DNA of 64,000 nt, taken from assembly GCA_977018835.1 (NCBI GenBank), contig OZ361260.1:4030001-4094000 (forward strand), in the 5' to 3' direction. Under the pieces are notes generated by a model, which saw nothing but the letters and a program-made list of their open reading frames with translations, was not told where the DNA came from and ran no database searches. Below are positions 35,201-45,830 of the stretch, piece by piece. Within the stretch, counting starts at the first letter, position 1. Each line of letters starts with the position of its first letter. The stretch comes from Minutocellus sp. GHC0000111 (taxonomy: Eukaryota). The translations under genes were made by a program, and so were the position numbers.

Positions 35201-35526
35201 ACCCGCACATTGGACCGACGGAATCGCACCTCACTCGACGGGGCTGGGAGGCTGAAATGGTCCATGACGGTCATGCTCTCCTTGGCCTTGACGTCAGCGA
35301 TCGACACCACCACAGACTGTGCGTGATATGAGCGTTTGGAAGCATGTGACAGCGGGGAGATGGCATCGGCATGTTCAGGAGGTGCAGCGGCAGCCTCGTC
35401 GGATGCAAAAGGCTCCTCGCCATCGGCTGCCGCTACGGCTTCTCCGGGAGCGTTATCGCCCCCCTCGGCTGCCGGATTATTATCAGCCTCGTCGCCACTG
35501 CCGCCGACGAGCCAGTTGAGCACCAT
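32282..35526 (-). CDS. Multi-pass membrane protein with C-terminal class 3 lipase domain; intron 33414-33496
   Basis: VSIRGT, VTGHSLGGG, DVVPMID catalytic motifs; ~10 hydrophobic helices; GTAAGT..TTAG intron joins the two ORFs in frame. Confidence 0.9.
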
Positions 35527-35776
35527 TCTGCCCTTTTCGTTTGCTGTATCTTGGCCGTACCTAGCTAGCTAGTAGGTATCTGGTTTGTGATGTGTTCTTC
35601 AAATCCGTCACAAGATTTGATGTGATCTCTTTTCAGGTCATTGGTACTTTTCGTTAAGAAAGCGAGCAACATGCAAAATAAAAGTCAAGCCAATTTGCTC
35701 AGCCACGCACATCTTGTGTTGGGTTGAAGATACGGTCGTCAGGGAGCGAGGAAGCCCCCCCGCTCGGATCAAAACC

Positions 35777-36436
35777 ATGTCGGCTAGCACAAAGGCATCC
35801 GTCTCCTTTGGCTATGGATGGCGCAAGATTATCGAAAGCATCTCCCTCCAACGAGGAGGTGCCTACGGCAAGAAAGCAAAGGAGGAATCTCTTGTGAGTG
35901 GCAAGGACGTCCTTCGGGCGAACAAGCACATCGTCCTATTCTTTGGGTGCGAGTGGCATCCATTCTGCCGAGATCAGTTCACACCGCAGATAATACAAAT
36001 ATATCGGCATTTGAAGGCCGAGCGGGGTGGTGACCCCGAGCGAGATGTTGAAATCATCTATGTTTCCCTTGACCGCGATGAGAGAGCATACGAGAGGTTT
36101 GTGCGAACGCATCCGTGGTTAAGCGTGCCGTGGGATGAGGCTCGGGAGTTGTTGATCGCCGCATTTCGAGTGCAAAATGTTGCCACAAAACTTCCCAAGG
36201 TCGTAGTATTGGACGTCAGTTCAGACGGAGTAAGGAACAATGGTGTGATCAACAAGGATGCCTTCCCAGAAATTCAGCTTCGGATGAATAAAGATGACGA
36301 CGAGGATTTGGCCAAGCAGTTTCCGTGGGGCGTGTCAGCTGCGGCGCATGGGTGCACGGTATGTTCTGCACTTGTGTTGCTCGATACAATAGAATCGGGC
36401 AGGCGTACTGCGGTGCAGAAAGGTGAGCTACAATAG
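35777..36436 (+). CDS. Nucleoredoxin/tryparedoxin-like thioredoxin-fold protein with atypical active site (WHPFC)
   Basis: IVLFFGCEWHPFCR..FTP, EIIYVSLDRDE, PWLSVPW, LPKVVVL, FPW. Confidence 0.8.
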   Translation: MSASTKASVSFGYGWRKIIESISLQRGGAYGKKAKEESLVSGKDVLRANKHIVLFFGCEWHPFCRDQFTPQIIQIYRHLKAERGGDPERDVEIIYVSLDRDERAYERFVRTHPWLSVPWDEARELLIAAFRVQNVATKLPKVVVLDVSSDGVRNNGVINKDAFPEIQLRMNKDDDEDLAKQFPWGVSAAAHGCTVCSALVLLDTIESGRRTAVQKGELQ

Positions 36437-36599
36437 ACTCGGCACGATCTAGAGATCTACCACGTCTAGACCAATCTTGGAAGGTCCCCAGCACGTTGAT
36501 ACTACACAAATACTTATAAATTTATACATATTGAAAATGAATAATCAAGGCAGCTGCAAATAGCCTTTCTTTTGCTGGCTCTAGCTAACTAGCTAGCGA

Positions 36600-39500
36600 C
36601 TAGGATATCGGCGCAATCATTTCACCGTCGATGCCGTGCTCTTTGTCGCCCGATCCGTCAGTGTAGAGTACGTCGTATTTGCCATCTTCACGAACACGGA
36701 TATCTCGGCAGGATATATATCCCCCTGCCCTTCAAAATTGGCCCAAACGGGATCCCCGACCTTGTATGTTGGCAAAGTGCTTGGATCAAAATGAAGAAAT
36801 ACTGGCTTTACCATCGTCTTGGGTTTTCGCAATAGTTTGCGCTCCAGCTCGTATTCCTTGTCGCCGTCATCAAAATCAACTTCATAAGTGCCAAGCGGAT
36901 GCACCTTGCTAATAAACCCTTTGTGCCAAGAGTCGGTCGAGGCGAAATATGCCACGACTCTGTCTCCTTCTGCAAATGACTCGTACTCGCGAAGCTCTTC
37001 AGAATAAATGTTCATGAACATCTTGCCGGAAAGGGTGCGAACGTCGCACATTTTCGCATTACGCACAAATTCAATTCTTGCTTCCTCCCACTGTTGTTTC
37101 TCTATAGACAAGAGGACCTTGTCGCCAACTCTGAGGGCATCCGTTGATGGTTGAGCGTCAAATTTCTCATCGCCACTTCGAAGTAATGAAGCGACAGCAA
37201 ATTTTCTTGGCTGGAACATCGGCTTTTCCCTTTTATCGAGAGCACCCAATCGAATAGATGACTTATTCACATCGTCTTTCGTAGCAGCACCAAATACTGC
37301 ATCTTCCCATCTTTCAGCAAATTTGGGAGCAAACGTCTTTGCCATTGCGGTGTCGCGAAGAGTGCCAAAACGACTGTCGGCGAGGATGGACTTGATGGTC
37401 TTGCCCAATGTCTCCTTGAGGCCATCTCGCTCCATTTCAAGAGCCAGCCGAATAACATCCATGGCATCAGACGTCGGCATGACCGTCCAGTAGCCATCGG
37501 CGTAGCCCTGATGGAGAAATCTTGGCACAATACCTTCTATCTTCTTCTCCAAAAGATCGAGAATTGAAAGAGGAGCACCTGCCACCAGTGATGACGGCAA
37601 AGTCGCGAAACTCGAAATCATATTATTGAAACGAATGTTTCCAGGATGATAGTCGAACATATCGTTGAATGACGCCAGCCAATCGGCATCAAGCCTTGTA
37701 CCAATAAGAATATCCATGCGTTCTGGGAACGCTGTCGGGCCGTCGTGCTCAATGCTACTGCGAACTGGAGCAAATGGCCGGGTGAAAATGTCCTTGCTCG
37801 CTGCCTTCTTTGCCAAGTTGGTTTGACCGTATTGCCGGATAGACCCGAGTGCCAAAATTGCCACAAACCCATGTGAAAGGATAAGCCTCCCGACAAAAGA
37901 TGGAAGTGGGCTCATTGAGGCTTTGCCTCTGGCAAATCGCTGAGCGGAAATGAAAATGATTCGCCCAAAAATCAATGTGGCAACAACAGCTGCAACGGGC
38001 AAAAGATACACGGATGGATTCCAAAACAAATCCTCCAGCATGATCTCCAAGTCGGCCGAGATGCGGCATTTCGTTATCGGTTCCGCAAATGCTTGACTTT
38101 GCTCTGGAAAAATTATGCCAATTACGAAGGCAAACGCAGCGAATGCTCCAATGATCGGCAAAGATGCAGAGATGAGACCGCCGAGAATCCCTCGCTGAGG
38201 CTTGGATGACTCAGAAGAAGATGACGATGGTGTGACCAAAGCTACTAGCCCACCAAGTGCCAATCCGACGAAGCGAACAATCACATACAGACCAACGGCC
38301 AGAGCATTGATAAGAGCCAACATCCTTACGATCTTGTCCATCATCTCCTCCACAAAGGGCTGCCATTTCCTCAACGACTTTTTCCTCCGCCGGCCGTACT
38401 CTCCCTGCAAGAACTTGGGCACACCGACCTTGTCCAAATACTGCGCAAAGGTCTTGAGCTCGTGGCTGGCATAAAAGTGCTCAGCGTTGGCCAGCTCCCG
38501 CGCCATGTGTTCGATCCACGTGACGCCCCAGTTCCTACCACGCGGCTTCCATATGCCCATGCTGCGCATGGCCGCCAACGGTTGGCGCATGACGGTGCCG
38601 GCGTCCTTGAGGTCTTGGTACGTGTGGCCCCACGTATTCCACCGCTGGTAGTAATACGTGCCGAGACCCTGGTAGCGCCGATCGGCAGCGTGGGCCTTGT
38701 TGCGCGACACAAAGGTCAGAATGAACATGACCCGGTTGGTGTTGGGATTCATGGGATCTTGGTTGGCCGCTCCTCTGTGCCAAACGTTTTGGTTGAACAT
38801 CATGGCGTCACCCTGCAGGAGGACGCCACCGCCCTTTCCGTCGTTGTTGTCTGGACCGGTCAGGCCATTCGAACTGGCCTCAAAGGCACCATTGGTCAAA
38901 CAAATCTCCTCCATATCGGGGTTGGCACAGTGATGCGTACCAGGACAAAGCGTCGTGGCACCCATCCTCGCGGTGGTATTTTGTAGCGAAATGAACATGG
39001 TGTAGGAATGCAAAAATGTCCGGCTGTACAGCAAGCTGCTGCCAAAGTAATCCGAATCGGTGTGAATCCCCTGATCGTCGGCACCGGCCAGACTGGTAAT
39101 GGTCGATATCTCCACAACGGCCGGGTCGGGACCCAATATCCCCTCGACGGTCGTCCTGACGGTGGGGTTGGTCCCCACCTGACGCAACGCCTCGGTCACC
39201 ACGGGATGATCGCCGGCACCCAGTCCCAACGCCAGTCGGTCCTCCTCCTCGAAGAACTTTTCGTGCCACGGCAACTCCGCCTGGATCTTGTGGCGGGATT
39301 CCAAATACTGACGCAATTCGGTAGCTGTGGTGGGTTGGAGAACGCCGGGTACGACTACCGCGCCGTGCCGCATCATGGTTGAGGCTGCCTTTTCGTGCGT
39401 GGCGGTAGATGGGTCAATGTACAAGTCATTGGCATCGCGGGTGGTGATGTCGTACTTGTCGCACTGGCGGTTGTAGTACGTCATGTCGTACTCGAAATCG

Positions 39501-39844
39501 GGATAGAATCCAGTTTCCTCGTTGGGTTCCGAACGGCGGTAGGCATCGATGTAGGTGGTAATGTAAGCATGATAAGTGTGACGGATGACTAGAGAGGATA
39601 CCAGCAGGATGAATAGTGCCGAGAGTGGTATGTCAAATATTAATAAGCGAAGGAGTGAGCCCAGAAGGGAGAGAACCGATGTGTTGCGCCGACTTTGTGA
39701 TTGTTTTGGAGAGGCGTTCGCATTTGTTCTGTTGGTCTTGTTTTTCGATTGAGCATTTCCATTGCCATTCATGTCGCTTCCATTGATACGTTTGGAAGGC
39801 GACGAAGTGCCGCCATTTGACGTTCGCGCTGTCACATTGGCCAT
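36600..39844 (-). CDS. Membrane-anchored PhyH-family 2OG-Fe(II) dioxygenase with C-terminal Tudor-like repeats (frameshift ~36695)
   Basis: HGAVVVPGVL, QGIHTD, GATTLCPGTH, WHRGAAN..RVM; repeats LRVGDKV..W, FAEGDRVVAYF..WHKG..YEVDFDDGDKE, YKVGDPVWANF..; the shifted frame completes YDVLYTDG..stop at 36600. Confidence 0.82.
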
Positions 39845-40142
39845 GTTCAAAGGTGGAGGAGTCGCCCTAAGAACTGGACTGTTGGGGCACATCAAGAGAG
39901 GTGGATCAAGGAGCGTGGATGTCTGATCTTGTATGTGCTCGTTTTCTTTCTTTTTCTTTCTTTCGCTTTGACGACCTCACATGCAGAGGAGACGGGAGGA
40001 GCCGGCAGTTCCAAGCCGATATCTGAAAGTATCTCCAAGGGATGATTATCAACAGATCTGTGGCCGGCGCTTGGCTTTCAGTTCTTCGAGCGAATTCAAA
40101 TCCCCAACTGGGCAATAATGAAGCAATCTGACGGTTGGTCTG

Positions 40143-41410
40143 GTGTGGCTTGGCGGCAGTCAAAAGAGGCGGTGCGCGGAGAGGGTTAGGGTTAGGGTTA
40201 GACTATGCGCATCGCTTCTCGCCTTCACTGCTTGTCTCGCCGCCCCTTGCTCAGCGAATACATCTCCCGATGCATCTGCAGAAGTAATCATCCCATCCAA
40301 ACCCAATGGCGACCAATCCTGCCCTTGCCTAACCCTAACCCAACTCGAGGACTTATTCAGCAGCACCACCCGCTCCGGCCTCATCTATCACAAGGGCTTC
40401 GATTTCAACGAAACGCTCGGAGATGCCATCGATCCCGCAAAGTACGGAACCGGATGCAAGCCGCACGATTTGGATGCCGCCGTATGTCAGTCAGAGGCGT
40501 GCGATACCAGCATCTTGCCGCAGGAAAAGTGTGCGGAAAATCAGGCATGGTGCCAACGATCGTTTTGCTTTGTGGATCCGGATAACTGCGATCTGTTGCA
40601 CAAGCCGTCGTTGTACTATCGCCATAGGTACTATTCCTATGCCACATGCGGCTTCATGGACTTTTGGACGGCAGGAAAGCGAGTGGAGAGTTTGCGTGGA
40701 GATACGCTTCGTGTAGCCTTCAACAGCAATACGGGCGGGTGGAAGGGTGCGTCCAATCCCGAGGGCAGCTTCGCAGTGAATGCTCAGTGGAAAGGCCCGA
40801 TCGTGGAGTTTATAAACAATGCTGCCTTTCGAGGGGGCTTCACCATCAACATTACGGAGCCACCTGCATATCTCCAAGCTGGTTCGCAGCAGTTCTTTGG
40901 TGGGTCCAGCAGCTTTGATTTTTGCGTCTATGCGGCCTCTCTTGGTTACGTCGATCTGTGCGTCGCAGCGTATAGCATCACTGATCGACGAGCTGCTGCT
41001 ACGACCTTTTTTGAGACAAGCGACGACCCAATATATCTTGTCACCTTCGATGACAACTCTGGCACCTCGTGGAGCTCCTTTACATCCGAATTTGGCAAGG
41101 TGTTTGCTCCATTCACATGGGGAGCATGGCTAATGATTGTGTTGATCTCCCTCCCTCTGCTGGGTTTGCTGATGATGTACCATGAGTACGCTGCACCTGG
41201 CTCTGCATATCCGCGAACAGCACCTGTTTTGGAAACAGATCCCGCAGGCAGTGGGACGGAAATGATTCGCAATCGAAAGATTCCAATGGTCAATCACATA
41301 GGACGCTCATTGTACATGGCTGCCCTCTCCTTTTTCCAAGAATCTTATGACCAGAGTGTTGTAACCACCGGTGGAAAGATTCACTTGCTGGCAATTTCGT
41401 CGTTGGTTTA
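40143..41410 (+). pseudogene. Ionotropic glutamate receptor-like gene, truncated before M3 (no SYTANL); start uncertain
   Basis: Cys-rich extracellular N-terminus, S1-like VDLCVAAYSITDRRAA, FAPFTWGAW (pre-M1), pore/M2 and TTGGKI; the ORF ends where an unrelated duplicated gene begins. Confidence 0.75.
40182..40201 (+). repeat. Interstitial telomere-like repeat (TTAGGG)x3
   Basis: AGGGTTAGGGTTAGGGTTAG; an opposite-orientation CCTAACCCTAACCC lies at 40328-40341. Confidence 0.85.
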
Positions 41411-42400
41411 TAGATGGAGATGATTCGGATTCAGCAGTATATGCTGGTGGAACGAGTGAAGCTTGCGCATTCTCCTTTGCATATGGTTTCGAATGTTGAA
41501 AATATTCATCTGCTGTCAAAATAAAGCCATCACTCGCAGCGGAAAGCACGACATCGCTAGAAGTGCGAAATCCGCCAGAGAACAAGTCGCGATTCAGTGC
41601 CCGGATTGCAATCGAGTAAAGATCGACGGGGCTCGGCAAATGTTCTTCTTTACTACTGAAAATAAAATGGCTTGAGCAGCGATAAGCGAGGGTCGTTATG
41701 TCCTTTTCTTCGGTCTCCTTAATGAGCTCAGTCATAATGTCAACGTCTTGAAACGCATTGGGATACATTGTAGACATTTCCTCGCCGACAAGATAGGCAA
41801 CGATACTCTCCAAGCTGCTGGGACTGATGTTATCCGCTAGGCTCCCTAGCTGCCTTCTAGTCGGTGTATTGAATCTAATTCCGAGAACAAAGGGCGGAGT
41901 TTCGACAATGAAGTCATCAGCCCCATCCTCTTCTTTCGTTGTGCTATCTGCTGGGGCATTTTGTTCCTGATTGGATATATCATCCCCTGTAGGAGCAAGG
42001 TCCTCGTTCGATGCGCTATCTCCTGGGGTATTTTGTTTCTGATTGGAAAATCGTCGCCAGTAGGAGTATGTTCCTCTAACGACTTCTCATCTGCCGTCGG
42101 TCGATGGCTCCACCAAGTATCCACGCAGTAATTAACTTCATATTCCAGCGTGCCAGTGCACTGGAATTGTTCCAGCAACTCCTCAAAATCATCGTTTGAA
42201 CGAAGCACGCACTTTAGCCCAACCTCACAGTCCTCATCATCGCGACAATGGCCTTGGCAATGTTGCAGCTTTTGACCCTGCTCCGGCGTCTCAGTGACCA
42301 AGTTCAAAGCGGTCCACGAAGCTGTTGCCGGAGAGAAAAGGAAAATGGTCAGCAAGGCCACGAGAAGCAGCCCGTTTCGGAAGATATAGTTTCTCATCAT
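41410..42400 (-). pseudogene. Truncated, frameshifted paralog of the 52517-54358 surface protein
   Basis: Clear nucleotide and protein similarity to 53382-54358 (MMRNYI.RNGLL, SWTAL..VTETP.QGQKL.HCQGHC, ASLVPPAYTAESESSP); lacks TM and tail; internal ~70-bp tandem duplication. Confidence 0.8.
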
Positions 42401-43911
42401 CTCTTTATTGTATGGGATATGACAGGGCTTGGAAGGAAGCAAAGAGGGCGGAGGCAGTACAATCCATGTCTGGCTAAGAGAATTGAAAGTAAGCCGTTTA
42501 GTTTCCAGACTCGCCAGACTCGCCAGCTTCATGGACTCAATCGACAGTAAAAATGGAAAAGCGCGGGAATCCACATCGCACTTTCTTTCTCTGGCATCTC
42601 GAATGTTTCTTAGGGCGTCCTTCTTGTCATGTAGGTGTACCTAGGTAAGCACATATCGTTCGATAGAGTGCTACGTAGTACGATGCTTCTTGACGCTTTC
42701 CGAATTCGATTTTGGCGGCACCCAGTGATCCCGCGGGGCGCTCGTCGTCATCTGACAATCTGACAACAGAGAGGGCCAAAATTCACAATGCTAATGACTT
42801 GCCTCTTTCCCGTACTTTCTTTTTTCGATGTTCGCACTTTCTTTTTCGCTGGCGTATTTGCACCATCTGAGGACACATTGATCTTCATGCGCTTTCCGTT
42901 TTTTGGGCGGCGGCACCAAGAGTCGCGCTCTCTCGCTGTGGCTGGGCTCATTCATGCTTTCTCACAATTTAACCAACCAAGAGCACTGCTACTTTTGCCC
43001 TTTGTCCTTGTGCAAAAGCAGACTGATCACTTCTCCCCAAGAAAATGGAAAACACCTCACAAGGAAGAACTTCTCTGACAATCTTCAAAATCATCAATCA
43101 ATGGCGTTTCCTCGTGCTGCTGGCATGCCTCAATCCCATCCTCTGTTCCAATCTCAAACGGTGATGACACGCCCAATCATCAAAACCGCAGCGAAAATTG
43201 TGTTGTGAAGTTTTTTCTAGAGAACAAGTTCACTCCGTCCTCTACATGTAAAACATCGAACATGTCCGCAACGTGCCTTCCAATGTCGGCATCCACCTTC
43301 TTCGTAGCCGATCTGAACGACTCATCCAATCAATCACAAGAGAAGGAAAAGGACGAACATCGGCGAAATTAAACGCACGAGTGCGGAAAAACACCCATTC
43401 GCGCACGCAAAGGCCCTCCTAGCATTGTTCAGTGACCTAGAAGACGAGGATGAGTCGCTAGCTGTTCAACACAGCTCCATCGGAAAATTGCCAACCAGAA
43501 GAAGCACATCGAAGCATTCGCACATGCATGTGCCTCACAACTAAAAATAGCAATGCTGCTTCGTGCCATCATCTTTCTATTGGGGCCGACATCCTCACAG
43601 AACTGGAACAGGAAGAAGAACAGAGTTGGTTGTGAGAGCTTCTGCTATTTTGCATGCACATGTATCGCGTGCGGATTATAGGCTACAATTTCGATCTACA
43701 TGTTAGAATATAAAAAAAACTAAAAAGAGTCCCAATGGCCTTGTGTGTAAAAGTAAAAAAATTGACGTCTATTTTTCAAGAGTCAAACGAGACTTTCAAG
43801 GCCTTCTTCACGAAGCCACATTATAATCTGCTACATGTACAGAACTAGGGTGTAATGTTACACATTGTCTGCGTCTTATGTGGTTATGTTATGCATATTT
43901 CGCTATTATTT

Positions 43912-44766
43912 TCACTGCAAAGGTTTCGATTTTGCTTTCTCGCCGGCAAGATTGTGCTGAGAAATGTTAGATGTAGGTGCCGATCCGGCAATTTGTGTCA
44001 AGCCCCCAACATTTCCAATGGACTTGCTCCGGCAATGTTGCGCTGCCATGATCGACATGTTGGCAGTAATCGTGGAAAAGTCAGGGGTTGAAAGAACACT
44101 AGCAAGGGTAGTCTCCAGAGGGGTGTTGGCGGCAATCGTTCGAACAGACGATGGTGATGTAGCTGAGGTGGAGGATGTACACGTTGTAACGGCAGTGAGA
44201 TCGCCCATCGACTCGTTGTTGCCCTGATCGATCCCCCGCGCCTCCTTGTCGGTGCGAGACTTGAAGAAGACATCAGCGCGGACGACCTGCACCTCGGGCG
44301 AAGGATTCAGGCGTCTGGCGATGGCAGCATCAGACTGCGCCCTCATGGCGGCAAGGTCGGTGGCACCAGAGGTAAGATGCTGAGATGTGGAAGCAAGACG
44401 ATCGCCGTCGTAGTATCCGGCGTCCCATTGATCGTCCTGTTCGTCGAGGACAGAATCGATGACGCGAGCTCGGTCTTCTTTGCGCTGGCGAGCGACGGCA
44501 GAGCTTGCCATGAGCTCGAGGCCACGATCGCAGAAGTCCTCGCATTGGCGGTCGGTGGCGCTGCCAGTGCGCATGACGGTGATGGTCTTGACGACGTCGT
44601 TGGTATTTCGCTTTTCATCGGCCTCGGTGGTGAAACAGGCGTCGTATTCTTCCTGGCTGTAGGATGAAACATCCTGTACGAGATAAACTCGAGTGCGTCG
44701 ACTGAAGCCTACTGAAGCAGAACGCTTGGCGTTCGAGGTGCTTGTCTTGAGGATGGAAGTTGGCAT
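43912..44766 (-). CDS. Diatom-type conserved hypothetical protein
   Basis: SVGFS..RV, CDRGLE, VIDSVLDEQDDQW, LA..S..A...A...A..DA pattern, which I recognise from a large diatom family. Confidence 0.7.
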   Translation of the reverse strand: MPTSILKTSTSNAKRSASVGFSRRTRVYLVQDVSSYSQEEYDACFTTEADEKRNTNDVVKTITVMRTGSATDRQCEDFCDRGLELMASSAVARQRKEDRARVIDSVLDEQDDQWDAGYYDGDRLASTSQHLTSGATDLAAMRAQSDAAIARRLNPSPEVQVVRADVFFKSRTDKEARGIDQGNNESMGDLTAVTTCTSSTSATSPSSVRTIAANTPLETTLASVLSTPDFSTITANMSIMAAQHCRSKSIGNVGGLTQIAGSAPTSNISQHNLAGEKAKSKPLQ

Positions 44767-45188
44767 TGTTGATATGGTAAAGTGGGGTTGGTAAGCGAGG
44801 TAATCTATCTTGGATTGGAAATGGGTGATGAGAGTTGGGTGGAAGGAACAAGTATTTGTTGTGGGGAAGTAGAATTGTGAGGCAAAGAGTAGCACGTGTA
44901 GCTAGAGGTTGCATGCAAGGAAAAGAGGCAGTGAGGGCCATGCGGCTGGGCCGGATCCGGAGAAAGTAGCCGGGGAAAAAAAGAGAAAGAGTAAGCCGAA
45001 AAAGACATATTCAATTTATGTGCGCGGGAGCGATATGTTTTTCTCCGCAAACCAGGAACACTTTATAAAACGAGGCAGAGAACATGGCCGTCAGATGGAG
45101 TCCCACTGGCGAAAGTGAAGGCAGCTGCTCATTGTTCTAAGTGATGACGTAATAGAAATACAACATCAATGTGAGATGCCAGATGCTT

Positions 45189-45264
45189 CCAGGTTCAAAA
45201 TGCAGATGGCTTCTCCGGTTTGCCACCACCAGGTTCAAAATGCAGATGGTCTCTCCCGCTTTGC
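45189..45264. repeat. Tandem direct repeat, 40-bp period, 2 copies
   Basis: CCAGGTTCAAAATGCAGATGG at 45189 and 45229, followed by similar tails. Confidence 0.85.
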
Positions 45265-45830
45265 AAACGTTTCTGATCCAACCGCGGAGAAATTTCGAGG
45301 CCTACTCTAGAAGAGTACCATCCGCAGTCGAAGAATGCCAAAGAAGCTTCCCCACTCCCGCGCGTTCAAACGCCAAGTTGTCTCTACGATCTACGAGTAG
45401 ATCTTCTACCAATTGGTAGATCTACATGATGATGTACACACACAAGACATGTGTGTTCGTCAGCTTTCGGCGGGAGCACATGTATTGTCGAGCGGGAGCA
45501 GCAGCGCCCTTCATATGCACGAGCAAGGTGGGATACATGTAACATCATGCATGACATAAGAAAGAGGCCGAAGAAAAAAATCATGCGCTTAGCTAGCTAG
45601 ATCTAGATCGATCGACACCCTGCCAGCCAGTCAGTGCGGAGTAGATCTGTCGGCAGTCGAAAGCATCTTCGTTCATCGGCTGGTTCAGGGATAAGCTAAC
45701 CAAGTGAATAATTAATGCATTCATTCAAGGTGTAATTTGGTACACTGTAATTATTTTTCTACTTGAAAAATTAATGCAACATGTACTACCGGCAGATCTA
45801 GCTAGATCTATGTGGAGCAAGGGGCACTCT

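Noticed and set aside
43200..43225. Helitron 3' end (…CTAG)
   Set aside because: Followed by A rather than T, and no convincing subterminal hairpin or 5' TC end identified
45189..45264. Possible CRISPR-like repeat-spacer unit
   Set aside because: Only two copies, the intervening sequences are similar to each other (tandem duplication), no cas genes, eukaryotic context
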